64,000 nt of DNA, taken from Eutreptiella sp. 'Long Island Sound 2002'. Taxonomy: Eukaryota > Protista > Euglenida. A model generated the notes under the pieces. That model worked only from the letters and a program-made list of their open reading frames with translations, made no database searches and was not told the origin of the DNA. Shown in pieces: positions 1-13,401 of this stretch (position 1 is its first letter; each line of letters begins with the position of its first letter). The DNA lies in assembly GCA_964036045.1 (NCBI GenBank), contig OZ038378.1, positions 181,226,001 to 181,290,000 of the forward strand. The letters run 5' to 3'. Position numbers and translations under genes: made by a program.

Positions 1-595
1 TGTCATGCGCATTCTTTATGGACACCGATGTGCTCATTTTGAACTCCTGCACGACAGGGGCCAGAGGTGCTCCAACAGGGTGTTTCGCTAGAATCGCAAG
101 CTGCAAACTGACCCCCAGCGGGCGTCTTGTGCATGCCAAACCACCCCTGTGCGCCAATGCCCCCGGGCTACACCAAATTCCTGGCCCCAGCGTAATGCAG
201 GTGGGGACCTCAAGATGGGACTCTGTAACACTGTTCCAGGGAATCAGGCGCCAGGACGCATAACTGGTGCGCCAGGCATTGTTGCCCAACCACTTGAGAA
301 TTAGGGCCCCAACACACAACTTCTTAACCTAGATTCCGTGCAGCACCACTGATCCACCACCTTCACCCCATCTTGGTAATACTCCAACTCGGGGTACTCA
401 GGCTCATCTGCTACCAACATCCATCGTGTACATGAAAAGAGGGTCTAAGAATGGAAAAGAGATAAGACAAGACATAAGGCGCCCCCAAAACACCCCAAAC
501 CATCCTCCCAAAGTATTGACACATTCCAATAAATAATTAGTGGAGATTGACATATGGAAATGCACTTATGGCAGCCTATGCTCCCTTCACTGCAC

Positions 596-920
596 ACCTT
601 CAAGGGGCTTCTTTGAGGGGGTCTTTTAGGGGGATCCTTCACAGGGCTTCTTTTGGGGGGGTTCAATTAGGGGGTCACTCTGGCGGTCTTTCATACTGAT
701 TGTGTAGGGGGATCCCTCAGCAGCATCTTTGAGGGCACATTGTGCATTGTGAAGGACACCTCTGAAGAGTCCCGATGAAGGACCACCCACCGTGAAGGAA
801 CCCCTGAGTGACCCCCCAATGAACCCCCCCTAAAAAAAGCCCTTTGAAGCCAATCAACCACCCAAAAGAACCCTTGAAGAATCCATGAAGGGCACCCGTG
901 AAGGACCCACATGAAGGACT
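596..920. repeat. Imperfect foldback (inverted) repeat, MITE-like
   Basis: gggggggttcaattagggggtcactc (~655-680) is the near reverse complement of gagtgaccccccaatgaacccccccc (~806-830). Flanking cttt/gaag-rich motifs are also mirrored. Ends and TSD not resolved. Confidence 0.4.
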
Positions 921-2337
921 TTTCAGAACACACATGTGTTCGGTCTCAAAATGGCCCTTTTCAATACTTTTTGGCAACCTACATGGGCTACCATGGATTA
1001 GAACCAGCTCAAAACAGGCTGAAACCATTTTTTGAGCACCTGAAGGGGTGGGAACAACTTTGGAAAAAATCATGTTTCACCCATTTTTGACCCACCTAGT
1101 CACTTGACCCAAGCACATGCAAAGTGTACAACATGGTGCTGGGCATTGAAGGGTGTTGGTGGTGCACAATGTTCCCATTCCTCATTATTCACCACCACAA
1201 GTGTACCCAAGGCAATACCTGGCACTCAAATTGGGCAACAGAAATTGAGTCTTCAAACCTGTGCAAGTCACTGTAAGGGCTGTTTTTGACCATTTTCTGC
1301 TCGAAAAAAGGGTCATCGGGGTGGCTAGTTGGGTCCACACGCTACCAAATAGTGCCCCAAAGTGTTTTTTCACCACCTACAATTGTGTACCCCCCAATAC
1401 TGTCTATGTACAATATACAAGGAAAAATGGCATTGTTTGCCATTATGACAGTTTCAGGAACCCACCACTTGCACGTAAAGGCCCCTAGCCGGCCGCCACC
1501 ATTGAGTTTGTTGCTCTAATTTTGTGCGATTCAACTTCATACTTATACGTACCAACCACCAAAATCGAAGGGGAAAGATTTTTGTTATCATCTTGGTATG
1601 TTGCGCAATTCATAGACTGATACATCCACCCATTAATGTTTGTCCTCATCGCCTGCACTATCCGAGCTGGATAAGTGGACAATGCAGCAGGACGTCACGA
1701 CCCCGCGGCCCGTGCCTTCTCAGGGTCCCCACAATGGGGCTCAAGGCCTCGACAAAGTGGCACCATCTAGGGCCTGGACACTCCTCAAAGGGAGGGGGGG
1801 AGGGGCTTGGATTGCCAAGCCAGAGCCCCGTGGCCCACCATAGGCGTCACAGGAATGGCATCTCAGCACAGGTCTCCTTCAAAGAAAGAGGTAGTGGTTG
1901 CCCAGGCGTGCACCGTTTGTTTGAAACAATCGACCAGTTGTTACCTCCCTCCTCTCTCACCCTGGATTCACACCCAGGATTCGCCGCATGTCCATTCCCT
2001 GCGAATCCATCCTCGACACAGGGTAGGCGCTCACAGCTGTACCACTGGGACCATGTTTACTTCTTAGGAAAGGAGGAATGGCAGGGATTCGGACTAGGCA
2101 CATATCCATGTCACAGACCTCATCATAGAGCTCCTTCTGCAGGTCATCCCGCAGCTCACGCTCTTCTTTCATGACACTGTCGCGGAACATCAGCTCTTCT
2201 TCATCCAAATACTAAAAAATGCACAGCGCGGGACAGGCGAGCAAGTGTGGGACTGACAATGCGGCGATAGTGCAAGCTACCACAGCAGGGCTATCACAGA
2301 CATGTATGTAGTACTGCAATACTTTGTTGGGCATACT

Positions 2338-2832
2338 GAGGGCACTATGTCCCCGAAACAGTAACCCACCAAAACACTATGCGCTTGAAACAGGATGCTG
2401 TACTACGATGCCATCCGAACACAGTATACAGACGGGCTTCCAGAGGCGTAGTGTTTTGGGGGCATAGAGTTTTTGGCGTAGTGTTCTGGGCATAGTGTTT
2501 GGGGGCACAGTACATGGTAATGGGCACGTGTGTCCACCAAAGATGAAGCAGGTAGTGGAGATTCTGAGGAGGAAGGGGTTGCAGTTATGTTGCAGATGGA
2601 TGTATGAGATCCCTGTCCACACCTCCACCTCATAATTCTGCTGGGCTCCCAGTGTGTAAGTGTAGCAGAAGCAAATGGCTCCGGCGGCATAGTGTTCCCT
2701 GGGGTAGTGTTGTCGGGGCGCAGTGTTCAGCATAATGTTCCATGGGCAGTAGTGCTCCTGGAACATTCTGTTCCTGGGGGGATGTCCGGGGGCGCAGTCT
2801 TCCAAGGGCATAGTGTTCCAGGAAAAGGGATC
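2338..2832. mobile_element. Putative non-autonomous TIR element with subterminal CACTATG/CATAGTG motifs
   Basis: GGCATACT occurs at 2330-2337 and 2833-2840 (possible 8-bp TSD). Many gcatagtgtt-like motifs inside, inverted at the left end. Terminal match is poor. Confidence 0.3.
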
Positions 2833-3998
2833 GGCATACTTGGAGGTTGGTGCTTCTGGGGTACTTTGGGAGAAGGTGGGGAATCCCATTGCATCGACCC
2901 CCCACAAACTACCTGGCAAAACTGCAGGGGGGTGCACAGCACATTCAGGAAATTGATTGTGCCTACAGCAACGCAACAGCACAGCAGGGCAATAGGGCAA
3001 TAGCTCAATCCTGCTGGAGTCTCTGCTCGCAATCACAACATCAGCGTGTTCAGTGCGTTCAGGATTCCTCACATTATTGTCCTGCCAGCTTCACGCTTCT
3101 TTCCGATTTCTGCTGTCATATGTTGATCAAAAATTGGCGGGGGTCCGGCAGGTGACCCAACATATTTGACGCAACATGATCACCTCATTGCATTGATCGC
3201 CATGTATTCAGGGGACTTTGCGGGCCTTGTCCCAGAATTGGCTTGCCTGCGACACTGGGTTTGTAAACCCCAAGAAGGGGGGGGGGGGGATGGAAAGGGG
3301 GGGGTCGGGTTGTGTCGCGGCCTCTTCCGGCGGTCAAGCTTCCGTGGCCACAACACCCACTGAATGCCAGACACAGCTGGCACCAACGGATCCGAATGTC
3401 TAGTCTGAAATGGTAATCATTAAGGCGATTTGTGCCCGAGCCGGGACAGCACGAATTGTGGAATTGAGATTTCCAGCCGAGTTATGGGCTGAGTGTCCTA
3501 CGCGCCTCCAAGGGGAATCCACGACTGCGATAGATAAGAGCACAAGGCTGTGCAGGTGCCTGTGACCCCAGAGGTGTGCCCGTGTAGACCTATAGCCTGC
3601 ACCTTTGGCGGGTTCGAAAAAACTGCGAGAGGCGGGCAGCCTGTTGGGCGACCTGACAGCCGTGGGGAAATTATGTGTACTGCATGAAAGTGGGACCGCC
3701 GCCCTGCTACTCGCAAGGGCTGCTTCAGCCCCTTGGTGTCCTTCCCATGCCGGCTCCGGCATGCTCCACACAAAGCCTTTCCCAAGACGGAGGGTGTTCA
3801 CCCCACTGATGGAGGAAACGTGCCACAGGGCCAGGGGTGCCCGACGGGGTGGGGGGGGGGATGTGTTGATGCGACTGGAACGTCTGTCCTGCTGCTCACA
3901 TTGCAGCGTCGTGCCCCCCTGGAAAGGGGAGGGAGGGGCAAAGTAAGCAAAGCCGATACGCGCACTCAGGACTGAGCACAATTAGCGAGTTTTTTTGC

Positions 3999-4173
3999 TA
4001 CACTACATAAAGAACACGTTACACTACATAAAGAACACGTTACACTACATAAAGAACACATGACATGACATGACATGACATGACATGACATGACATGGCA
4101 TGACATGACATGACATGACATGACATGACATGACATGACATGACATGACATGACATGACATGGCATGACATGG
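3999..4173. repeat. 21-bp minisatellite x3 followed by (CATGA)n microsatellite
   Basis: acactacataaagaacacgtt x~3, then ~23 CATGA units with two CATGG variants. Confidence 0.95.
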
Positions 4174-6139
4174 CAACAGAAGCAAAGCCGATATGCCTGC
4201 ACTCGGTGTAAACCAAAAATTTCCATTGGGGTAGGACTGGCAGGGGGGGTGTCTCGCCTTGTCCCCCGAAAATGCGCTTTGCCTGTGCCCCTCCCGCTGT
4301 GTGCAACAGTTTTTCTAGGACCTGCGGCCCTGCAGTAAACTACGGAACGCTAAAGCACACTGTGAAATGTTTAATAGCCGGTGGCCGAACGGCGGTTGGC
4401 TAGTGAGCACCGGCCATCGATGCTTAACCGATGGCTGTTGGCACTTGACTGACGGCGGTTGGGGCTTGACCAACAGCTTGGCCCATAACCGAAAAGCATG
4501 AGCCGGCAATGGCAAGCAGGCACCCGTCAGCAACAACCCCGCAAAAAAAAAAATCCCATGCTGAACAACAGTCTGAGCAATCAGCATTGCCCTCGAAATG
4601 GTCGCGGCCTCACGCAAAGCGAGGTGGACCGCCATCACTGATCACAATCCCTGGTCCATATCACTCCTCCTGTCCCTAACATCCCGCCAGTCCTGGCCTC
4701 TACACACACAGCACCTGGAATTCCTTTGCCCAAGAGAAAGTTTGCGCCTCCTGCTGCTCCTGCATGTCTTGGAAAGCGATAACCATGCTGACTTTCTGAA
4801 GCAGCATGAACAGCAATCTCGTTATGATCAAGAATTCATGGGAAAATGCCAATGAGTCAGCCAGGCGGGGTGGCCGGGCCTTACTGAGTGATGGACGTCA
4901 CTAGGCTGTGTGTTGTTCAGCAATGCACGGCATGCGAGTATCCTGGGTGGGGGGGGGACCGCTCGGTTTGGACGCCAACTACCCCCCCAACTAACTGTTG
5001 GCCGGAGGCCCCTTTGGGGGGGATTGCAGGGGGGGATTGCAGGGGGGGTTCAGGGAGGGGCGAAGGGGGGGGGGGTTTACGAGGGGCTTGGGGGGGGGGG
5101 GTGGCGGTCCGGGAGGGTCGGTGGGGGGGGGGGGTCCAGGTGGGGCGATTTGGGGTGTTGGGGGGGGGGGGGCATAGGCTCCCCTTACCTGCCCTTGCCC
5201 TCCCTCTAAGCATACCATCACCATAAACCTAACCCTAACCTTTGCAGCCAGCTAGTTTGGCCATGCCAGCCATGTTGATTGGGCTGAACAAGATCCCCCA
5301 AATTTCGTTTATGGCTGCTTTTGCCACATCATTGCCCTCCATTTTGGACCCCAACACTCACTCTGACCCTAGCCTAGGGTGAGAGCTAGGGCTAGGGTTA
5401 GGGCTGGGGTAACCGAGCTGGTGGAACCGGTCTTGGTTTTATAACCCTCTTTAGTGTCTATGGTGGACCTAACAAGTTTGGCAAGCAAGCAGCAAGTAAG
5501 CAGCAAGCAGCAAGCATGTGCGAAATAGGCAAAAACCACGGCTCCATCGTGGTGCTTCGGATTCGGCCAAAATTTCGGTGGATGCTACCTATGGATGTGA
5601 GGGACAACCACACAAAGTATGAGCCAGAAACTCAACGGTGGCGGCCGGGAACGGGCGTCGCAAGTGCCAGACCTCCATTTCAAAATGTGCAATTTAGGGC
5701 CAAAATCAGCCTTTTTTTGCCCAAAACCACCCTAGAACCTGCTGAAAACGGCCAAATGAAGGGAAATAGCGGCTACTCTACATATGCAGCTAGACTTCCC
5801 CATGCCGCATGGCCCTCTAGGGCCCTCTAACTCCACAACATGTCTGCAAACCTCCCCCAAAAGGCCCCCAAAAGCACCAGAATTTGTGCACATTGGCCGC
5901 CGACAGCCCCAAACCAAAAACACACCACATCTTGGGCTACGTGGCTGAAAATGCAATTTCGAGCGCACCTAATCCACCCGCAACCACCCACTCTTGGTGG
6001 TTTCCACCACTAAAAATTGCCCTAACCGACGCCTAGACCCCCGTACCTAGGCCCAGTGCGCTGCGGCAAGCTGCAAGAGGTAGCCCAAAGAGGTGGGTGC
6101 CAAAATGGGTCAACAAGGCCCACCGTGTGCAAAAAAAGT

Positions 6140-6710
6140 GACTTTTTTCAAAAATGACCCTAGACCACATAGAATGCCAAAACTAGTGCTTTTGGCGCGT
6201 TTTGAGCTCATGGTGGCCCGTTTTGGCCCTCCTGAAATCCCAAAATTCCCTGAAAATGGGTTGTTTTGGGACAAAAAATAGGTCAAAACTGGGTCAAAAA
6301 TGTGTTTTTCCAAAAATGATCCTAGACCATTTGGGGTGCACAAACAAGTGAAATGAGCCCATTGCAAGCCATTTGGGCCCCTCCAAAGTCAGAAAATGCC
6401 TTGAAAATGGGCTGTTTTGCAACCAAAGATCAGTCAAAAATGGATCCAAAATGTGTTTTTCCAAAGATACTTTTGGACTATTTGGGGTCCACAAACAAGG
6501 GGAATGAGCCCATTTTGAGCCCATGTTGAGCAATTTTGGCCCCTCTAAAGGCCGAAAGGGCCTTGAAAATGGACAAATTCGGGACCACAAATGGCTCGAA
6601 AACAGGGCAAAACCATGGTTTTCCAAAAATGATCCGAGTCCAGCTGTGGTGCCCAAAAGGATGAATACAGCTCATTTTGAGCCCCTTTTGAGCCACTCTC
6701 ATCCACTTTC
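6140..6710. repeat. Degenerate ~150-165 bp A/T-tract tandem repeat within a dispersed repeat family
   Basis: ttttccaaaaatgatcc-like anchors at ~6143, ~6307, ~6457 and ~6618. Related sequence at ~930-1500 and ~48150-48450. Confidence 0.6.
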
Positions 6711-9700
6711 CAGTGCGTACCTCATTTGTCGTTGAGGTCTCTTGGACGATATGCCTTCCCCCACCAGCTCAGTCCCAATATTCAATCTTGCTTCGGTGTA
6801 GGGTTAGGAGTATGCTGAGGGTTGGGGGGTGGGCATCAGAGTCAAGGTTGGGTTTAAGGATAGTGTTGGGGTGCAAAGTGGACAAAATTTTCCTTAGGGC
6901 ACCTTTGGTGTTCATGGAGCATCGGGCGCCTTTGGTGCCCATGGACGCCTGAGGGCGACACCTTTGGCAACTAACTGTTGGCTGGAGGCCCCTCAGGGGG
7001 GGGGGGGGGGGGGCATCCTAGGACCCGCGGAGTCGCCCCCCCCCCCAGGACGAGTATATCCTTGTAAGGGTCAGCTTCTAGGGAGAATCACCACGTTGCA
7101 GTAAATGGACCCTCATCCTTCGTTCCCAACCTCCCTTGTGGCACTGCGCGTTTGTAAGCAAGCCTCCACGGCCCCTGCAGCATCAACATGCATTTGTTTT
7201 GTGGCCCCTGAAGCATCAACATGCATTCCTTTTTGGCCTTCCGTTTTGGCCATAGGTAGTCACCATCTGCCTCCAACTTTGTCAAAAGGCATCTGGGTCC
7301 CAAGCCCCTGCACCCGAGATAGGTTGGGTTTGTGTGGTCGGGGCTCTACAGCACCCAGTTCGCAAGTAGTAACCTGACTTCTGACAAGGCCTGGCCGGGC
7401 TTAACTTGTGTAATTGGACACCTTCAAATGCATTCACTGCACAGTATACAGTATACAGTTACTGCAGAGTTTTCCACGGTGCCATTCAGACGCTGGGGGG
7501 AGTGGGGTGTGGGGCTGCCATTGTGTGGCCCTCAATCTGCTCTCTTGACACACACCTGCCAACGGAGGAACCGTGCCAGGCGACGGGCCATCATTCCTCT
7601 GGCCATGCGCTGAATGGTCGTGGCCGCCTGGTGGTAGGCATCCCATTGCCATCGCATCTCCACTTCATACTTCAGGCGGCGGTTTTGCAGCCGGCGCTGC
7701 TGCAACACACTGGCGGTGAGATGCCACCACCTGAGGAGTTACAAAGGAGTCCCAATGGGGCTAAGGGCAGACAGGCGGAGGTACAACGGTCAACCCGAGG
7801 CCCCCTCACAGCTTGACCAAGGGCTGTTGCAGGGTAACCGACGGCTGTTGGAGGTCAACCGACGGCAGTTGGTGGGCAATGCGGGTGGCTCTTGAGGGCG
7901 GTCTTCGATGGGGGAAAAGACAGTAAATTTCCTTGTTGATCCCTCATGTAATTTCACGTTGCGGGTATGGGGGTGGATATTTCACTGATATCGATCTGTG
8001 TGTCGTGTTGGGTTCATTTTGCTCAGCACAACTGTCAAGATGCTGCATGTCCTCAGGTGGTTTCCAAAAGGGGTAAGATGCTTCTTCCATTTCTTTGTAG
8101 GTCCCGGTTTGGCGGTTGGCGGTGCGCTGACGGGGGTTGACGACTGATTCCTGGGAACCCATCCAAATGAGAGCCCTTGGAGGCACCGGCATTTGCAAAC
8201 TACCAATAGCATTGCCTGTGAGGGACTTTATGAATGTCTTTGGCAATGGAGTGGTACTGTGCCTCCCCATGTACAGGCCCCATGACCATTAATGACTTGC
8301 TGCCTTCCATGCATTTGCCGACTCGCACCCCAGCCGGCCACAAGCAGTGAGGCTGTTGTGCGCGCTGACCTACTGGGCCCACCGAAGGTCCATGGATGAA
8401 ATGTGCATACAGCATGAAGTTTTTTTCTTGGAAGCCGCATGTGTCCAATCACACAACAATCGCACTGAGTTCTAAGGAGAAGTATCATGCGAGTGTTGAT
8501 AGGCGTCACACGAGTGCACTTGCGTGACACCTAAAAAAAAATTTTATATGATTTTTTCTGAGTGCCAGCACAAGTGCACCGCCCAGAATTTTTTTTCGAG
8601 TGTCAGCACGAGTGCTGAGGTAAAAAAGAAATCCAATCTGAGTGCCATTGCTACTTGTAGAGGTGAAATGAGGCAAACTAACTCCCACGGACATTTTGGG
8701 TACTCAAAGCGTGGGCAAGGCAATAGAGCTGCAGCCTAGATGGATGATAACATGGATAGAAAAGGGAACCAAAGGGTGGGTATGGGATACACTGCAAGTA
8801 GTAGGTGTGCAAATGATTAGTTGGTTGGTCTAGGCAGTAGACAGAGTAAGGGGAGGAAGGGGGGCCAAAGGGATTCAATGAAGAAGGAAAGGACAAGCAC
8901 GGCGTAAAAAAGATTAGATGTTGAGTCTAAAGAGCAGAGAGAGTAGGAGAGCAAGAGGAGGAAGGGGGTTGACGGGGAACCAATGAATGAATCTTGAATA
9001 CACTGCACCTGAAAACGCCTTGTACAACAGATTATTTACTATGGCATTAGGCAAAGAGGGGAGGAGCAACGTGGCCCCCAAAAAAGGGACATTACACCCA
9101 GCGAGCGCCATTCACAAAATCTTGAACGTGCCCACAAAGCCTGCTGGCATGCAATCACAGGTGAACTTGCCCCTATCTGCATTGATATCATGTTGCAATA
9201 TTTGCTCCATCAAACTGAATGATTGGTAGCCGCAAGTCCAAACATCCAAACGTTGGAATCTCAAAGGCTTCGCGGTTCGCGGGATGCCCTCTTAGCGAAG
9301 GTTCTCAATAAGAGGTCACATGTACAAGTCGCTGCCCTTGGTATCCCAAAAATACTAATGCAAAAAGGGTTCAACAACAGCCCCCAAAAGAATCCACAGC
9401 ACCCTTGTGGAACAATTGCTCTTTGTCAAGAAGAACAAATGCTCCCAAATCAAAGTGGCTACATAACTCGTACTATCTTGGGGGCCGAATGTGGCTACAC
9501 AACCCTTGCCATATCAGGGACCCCTGCAAAATGTAGTGGAAATCAAAGTAGCTCCATAACCCTTCCCGTATGGGGGGGGGGGGGGCAAACGTGGGCACAG
9601 AGGCTGGATAACCCATGCTGTCTAACAGACCCCCTAAAAAGGGGGTTGCAAATCAAATTGAGTATATTTCTTTTATAATTTTTTTGTGTTTTTTGCACAC

Positions 9701-10945
9701 TTGCATGACACTTCACTCGAGGTTCTAGGTGGTACAGGAGCTGGGTATTACTAGGCGGCAAATTGGCACAGGCCAATTCCTAGCGAAACCCAGTGAAAGC
9801 CCCATTGTCAGTTGCAGCAGTCCGTTATGGCCCATCCGTTGTTGCATGCCGCCAAACCGCCGTCGCTTACCATCAGCCTACCACATTCAGTGCACAACTA
9901 AGAGGGACTGGCCTCTTTGTGACCTGTCTGAGGTGGTTGACAGTATTGGCAGGTCTGATGGTGGCTGTGAGAGGTGTGGCACAATCGGGGCATGGACACA
10001 CATTGGGGCACGCCAGCAGGCACGCAAGCACGCACACACCGTTGAATCTTCTGGGCAGCTCGCTCTCTGCATTTGAAGGCGACCCAATCCGCTGACAATT
10101 GGACTGGAAACAGGCAAAGCACCAACGTGGACATCTGCATGAATCGTGTGTATTTGAGCAGCTGTTTTCCCTATGGTGTAGCTCGTCATTGCACGTTGCA
10201 GGGGCGCCATCTATCCGACAGCGTCACCACTGCTTCAGATTGGGTCCTTTCAATCATGACTGCTCCTGCGGCTGGATACTTGTGGTCGGGAGGGGTCTTC
10301 AATGCAAAAAAAAAAAAATGGTGCACGTGATACATGAACGTCAAGAAGTGTCAGTTGACCGCGAACTGCCGTCGATTGACTGCCCATCCGGTGGTTTTGT
10401 TCAGGCAGTCTCAAGCAGGAAAAAGAAAGAGACTGGCTCATGAAGAGACCCTTCCTGCATTGGCGGGGCGTTCAATGTGATTTGACTTCGGCCGCAAACT
10501 ACAGTGGAAACCTGTCGGCACCCACCAGTGGGTGTGCATGCTTATGTGTCTGCTTCCGTTGTGTCTATGTGTCTGTGTGTATGGTGCGTGTGTGCATGCA
10601 TTGTGTGCATGTGTCTGCATCTACGTGTGGAGTGCATTGACAAATTTCCCGCAGGTTACAAGAAAGTCATTGGGTGAGGCGGACGGTACTCTGCATGCAA
10701 AGAAAAGCATCGGCATACCCCGCATATAACTTTGGATCAATACCACTGGCTTACTCTTGTCTTCTTCAGTCTGACTTGGCGGCTGGTGCTGCTGCTGCTG
10801 CTGCACAGAGCAAGGGGACATATGCACAGATCAGTGCAACCCGTGCACATCTGGGATTCGGGGACTCATGCATGTCCACGCATTTGAAGTACAAGATAGC
10901 CACAGATTCACACATACACCCGCGGATTGACAAGCACACACACGT

Positions 10946-10946
<1 letters not shown>

Positions 10947-10989
<43 letters not shown>
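10947..10989. repeat. (CA)n microsatellite
   Basis: Direct reading. Confidence 0.95.
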
Positions 10990-10991
<2 letters not shown>

Positions 10992-12097
10992 CCATTGGAT
11001 AGCGTCATATGTTGACACCCGGTGGAAACAAGAGCAATGTGTAAAGGTGGGTGCAACTGGGCCACCTTCAGGTCCCAACTCCTTGACAATGGCATGTAGG
11101 ATGGGCTGCCTCCAGTCCCTGGCACTTGTTAACGGGCCTTGCGCTTGCTACCCACTTGGTTGTTGCTGTCCTTGTGGGCCATTTCGGCATATTTGTTCCC
11201 AATGCATGTTGTTACACCAGGGACAATGCCTGGCAGTATGGAACGTGCTGTCTTTGCAAAACACCCATAGCAGGCCTCCAAGTTTACCTTAGCCAAGGAG
11301 TGTTTGGTCCCCAAAAGCAAGGGACAACGGGGGAGACGGGAAAGACGGGGGGAAACAAGGGAAAACTGGGGGAAACGGGGAAATACTTGTGGAAACGGGG
11401 GGGGGGGGGCGTGGGGAAAACGAGGGGGAAACGGGGACAAACGGGGGGTGGGGGGAAGTGGGGCTATGGGCTGGGGTGGGGTACTATGATCTTCATAGAT
11501 GTAGGGATGCGGAATGGAAAAGCAGCGGGGGAGGTATAGCAGAGGGGAATAGGCTGTTGGAGCATTTACCTGAGAAGCCGCTCCAGACTCAAAGAATGCA
11601 ATCTTTTCTTGGATGGTGTTGTGGATGGGGTCCATTGCCTGTGACACAGGAGGGGGAACTCAGAGCTCCATTTCATGTGTGACCAAATGTGCTCAGCATG
11701 AAGTCTGGACCAGGGGCAGAACTATGCAAACTGGGTATCAAAAAATCCCAAGAAAACTTTGAGGCTGTGCGCCTGGTCAGATGTCTCATCAGCATCTGGA
11801 AACGTTGATGACCTTGAATCAGTATGGCGAATCGCTGTGGCCGAAGGGCGTTCAGCCACCCCAAGCCATTTCTCTTCTGGGCTGCTCACAGTGCGTAGGC
11901 ATGTGACAGGACCGCAACGATGGGGAACGCGGCAAGTGGGTACCTCGTCGGCGGACGCCCTGTGTGTCCGATTCATGTACCCTTCTGTTCCGCGCTGATT
12001 GGCTTGCACTTGGGCTCTGGAAGACGTGTTGTGCGCACACAGCAAGTCCCTTTGAGCTGGCTTATGGCCCTTGCCCGTTTGGTTGCTTCACTTTGGG

Positions 12098-12287
12098 ATG
12101 GAAGAGGCAATGCCAGACGTTGTTGAGGAGCTGGTGGGTTGGAAGAATAAGCTGGAGTATCATTACCGCGACATGCAAGATATGGAATTCACAATTGAGG
12201 ACGGCAAGTTGTACATGTTGCAGACCCGCAAAGGGAAAAGGACAGCTCCTGCCGCCGTCAAGATTGCCATGGATATGGTACAAGAAG
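12098..12287 (+). CDS. ppdK: Internal exon of pyruvate,phosphate dikinase (nucleotide-binding domain C-terminal part)
   Basis: MEEAMPDVVEELVGWKNKLEYHYRDMQDMEFTIEDGKLYMLQTRKGKRTAPAAVKIAMDMVQEG matches the PPDK signature LE.HYRDMQD.EFT.E.G.L..LQTR.GKRT..AA..IA..MV.EG. GT donor at 12288 (GAAG|GTAAAG). 5' boundary uncertain; in-frame stop at 12053. Confidence 0.9.
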
Positions 12288-13401
12288 GTAAAGTCATTCA
12301 ACACGACACGTCCCTCTTGACACACCCACCTGCGTCACTCGTTCCAAACATCGCCACACACCGTGCTATTGTGGGTGCATACCGGGGCGGTGTTTGAGGA
12401 CACCATTTCGTCCCCCACACCAGCATTGTCCAGTTTTTTGGGTTCCCTGTGAGTTAAACACGTGGTTTCAAGCGCTCAATGGCGTTTTTTTTATTTGCGC
12501 CATGATGTTGCTGTGGTGAAATGTGATTCCAGTGGCGAGAACAAAATCAGCTTCTATCGTCGCAGCAAAGGCAAGTGGGTTATGCAGCATCCGTTCACAC
12601 CCTCCCTTGGCATCTGACTTCCGAACACTGCGCAAATGATTAAAAGGGACTAGGGCACATTGCCCTATCAATGGAAAGCGGCTGTTGTAATATGCAGCGT
12701 TGTGCATCGGGCCGTGTTGTACATGTGCCATAATGCGTTGTACATGCGGATGAGATTTCCGATTACGGCGGCTCCGCAGGCCTCACGAAAACAAGGAACA
12801 GTTGTACCACATATGAGACGATGCATTACTATTGCAACACAATTACATTTTCCACAGCACATGTTACATTGTCCACAACATGTATAGCATGTTCTACGTG
12901 TTTGCAATACATTAGATGTATTACATTTTCTAGAACGCAAGTAACACTTTGCATTTGTAAATAGTGTGGTAGCAAATGCAACACACTTGGTGGAAAAACA
13001 CTGCAATACACGTCGTAGAATATGTATCAAACATTCTATGAAAGAAACAATGTAGAAAATGGGAGAACGAAGGACACACTGCAAAAAAAAGTAATGGCCG
13101 TTTTAGAAAATGCAATATGTTTTTTGCAATACCTCTTGGCATCAGCACTGATTGTGCCAACTTTGTGCGTTTTAGGGGGTCCCAGCCATTGTTGCCTCAT
13201 TTGTGTTCACTGAGTGTCTCGTAGGTAAGGGTATGTGGGGTTTATTCGGAAAGCCCTTGAAAAGGGCTTTCCGGATAAGGGGAGGGGAAAGGAACGGAAA
13301 ATTGGCTGTTACTGTTGACGGTTTGGGTTCATTTTTGCCTGTTCTGGTTTCAGACACACTGCAGTGCACCGCTACCCCCATCACCGGGTGCACTTTGGGC
13401 T

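Noticed and set aside
8540-8650. ttttctgagtgcc / tttttttcgagtgtc resembling the euglenid spliced-leader exon
   Set aside because: Only short partial matches within a local gagtg repeat; no full SL exon, GT donor or Sm site
10655-10673. 19-nt CAG|...|GTGAG candidate micro-exon (VTRKSLG or YKKVIG), possibly of PPDK
   Set aside because: Good splice signals, but too short to assign; the intervening PPDK sequence is missing
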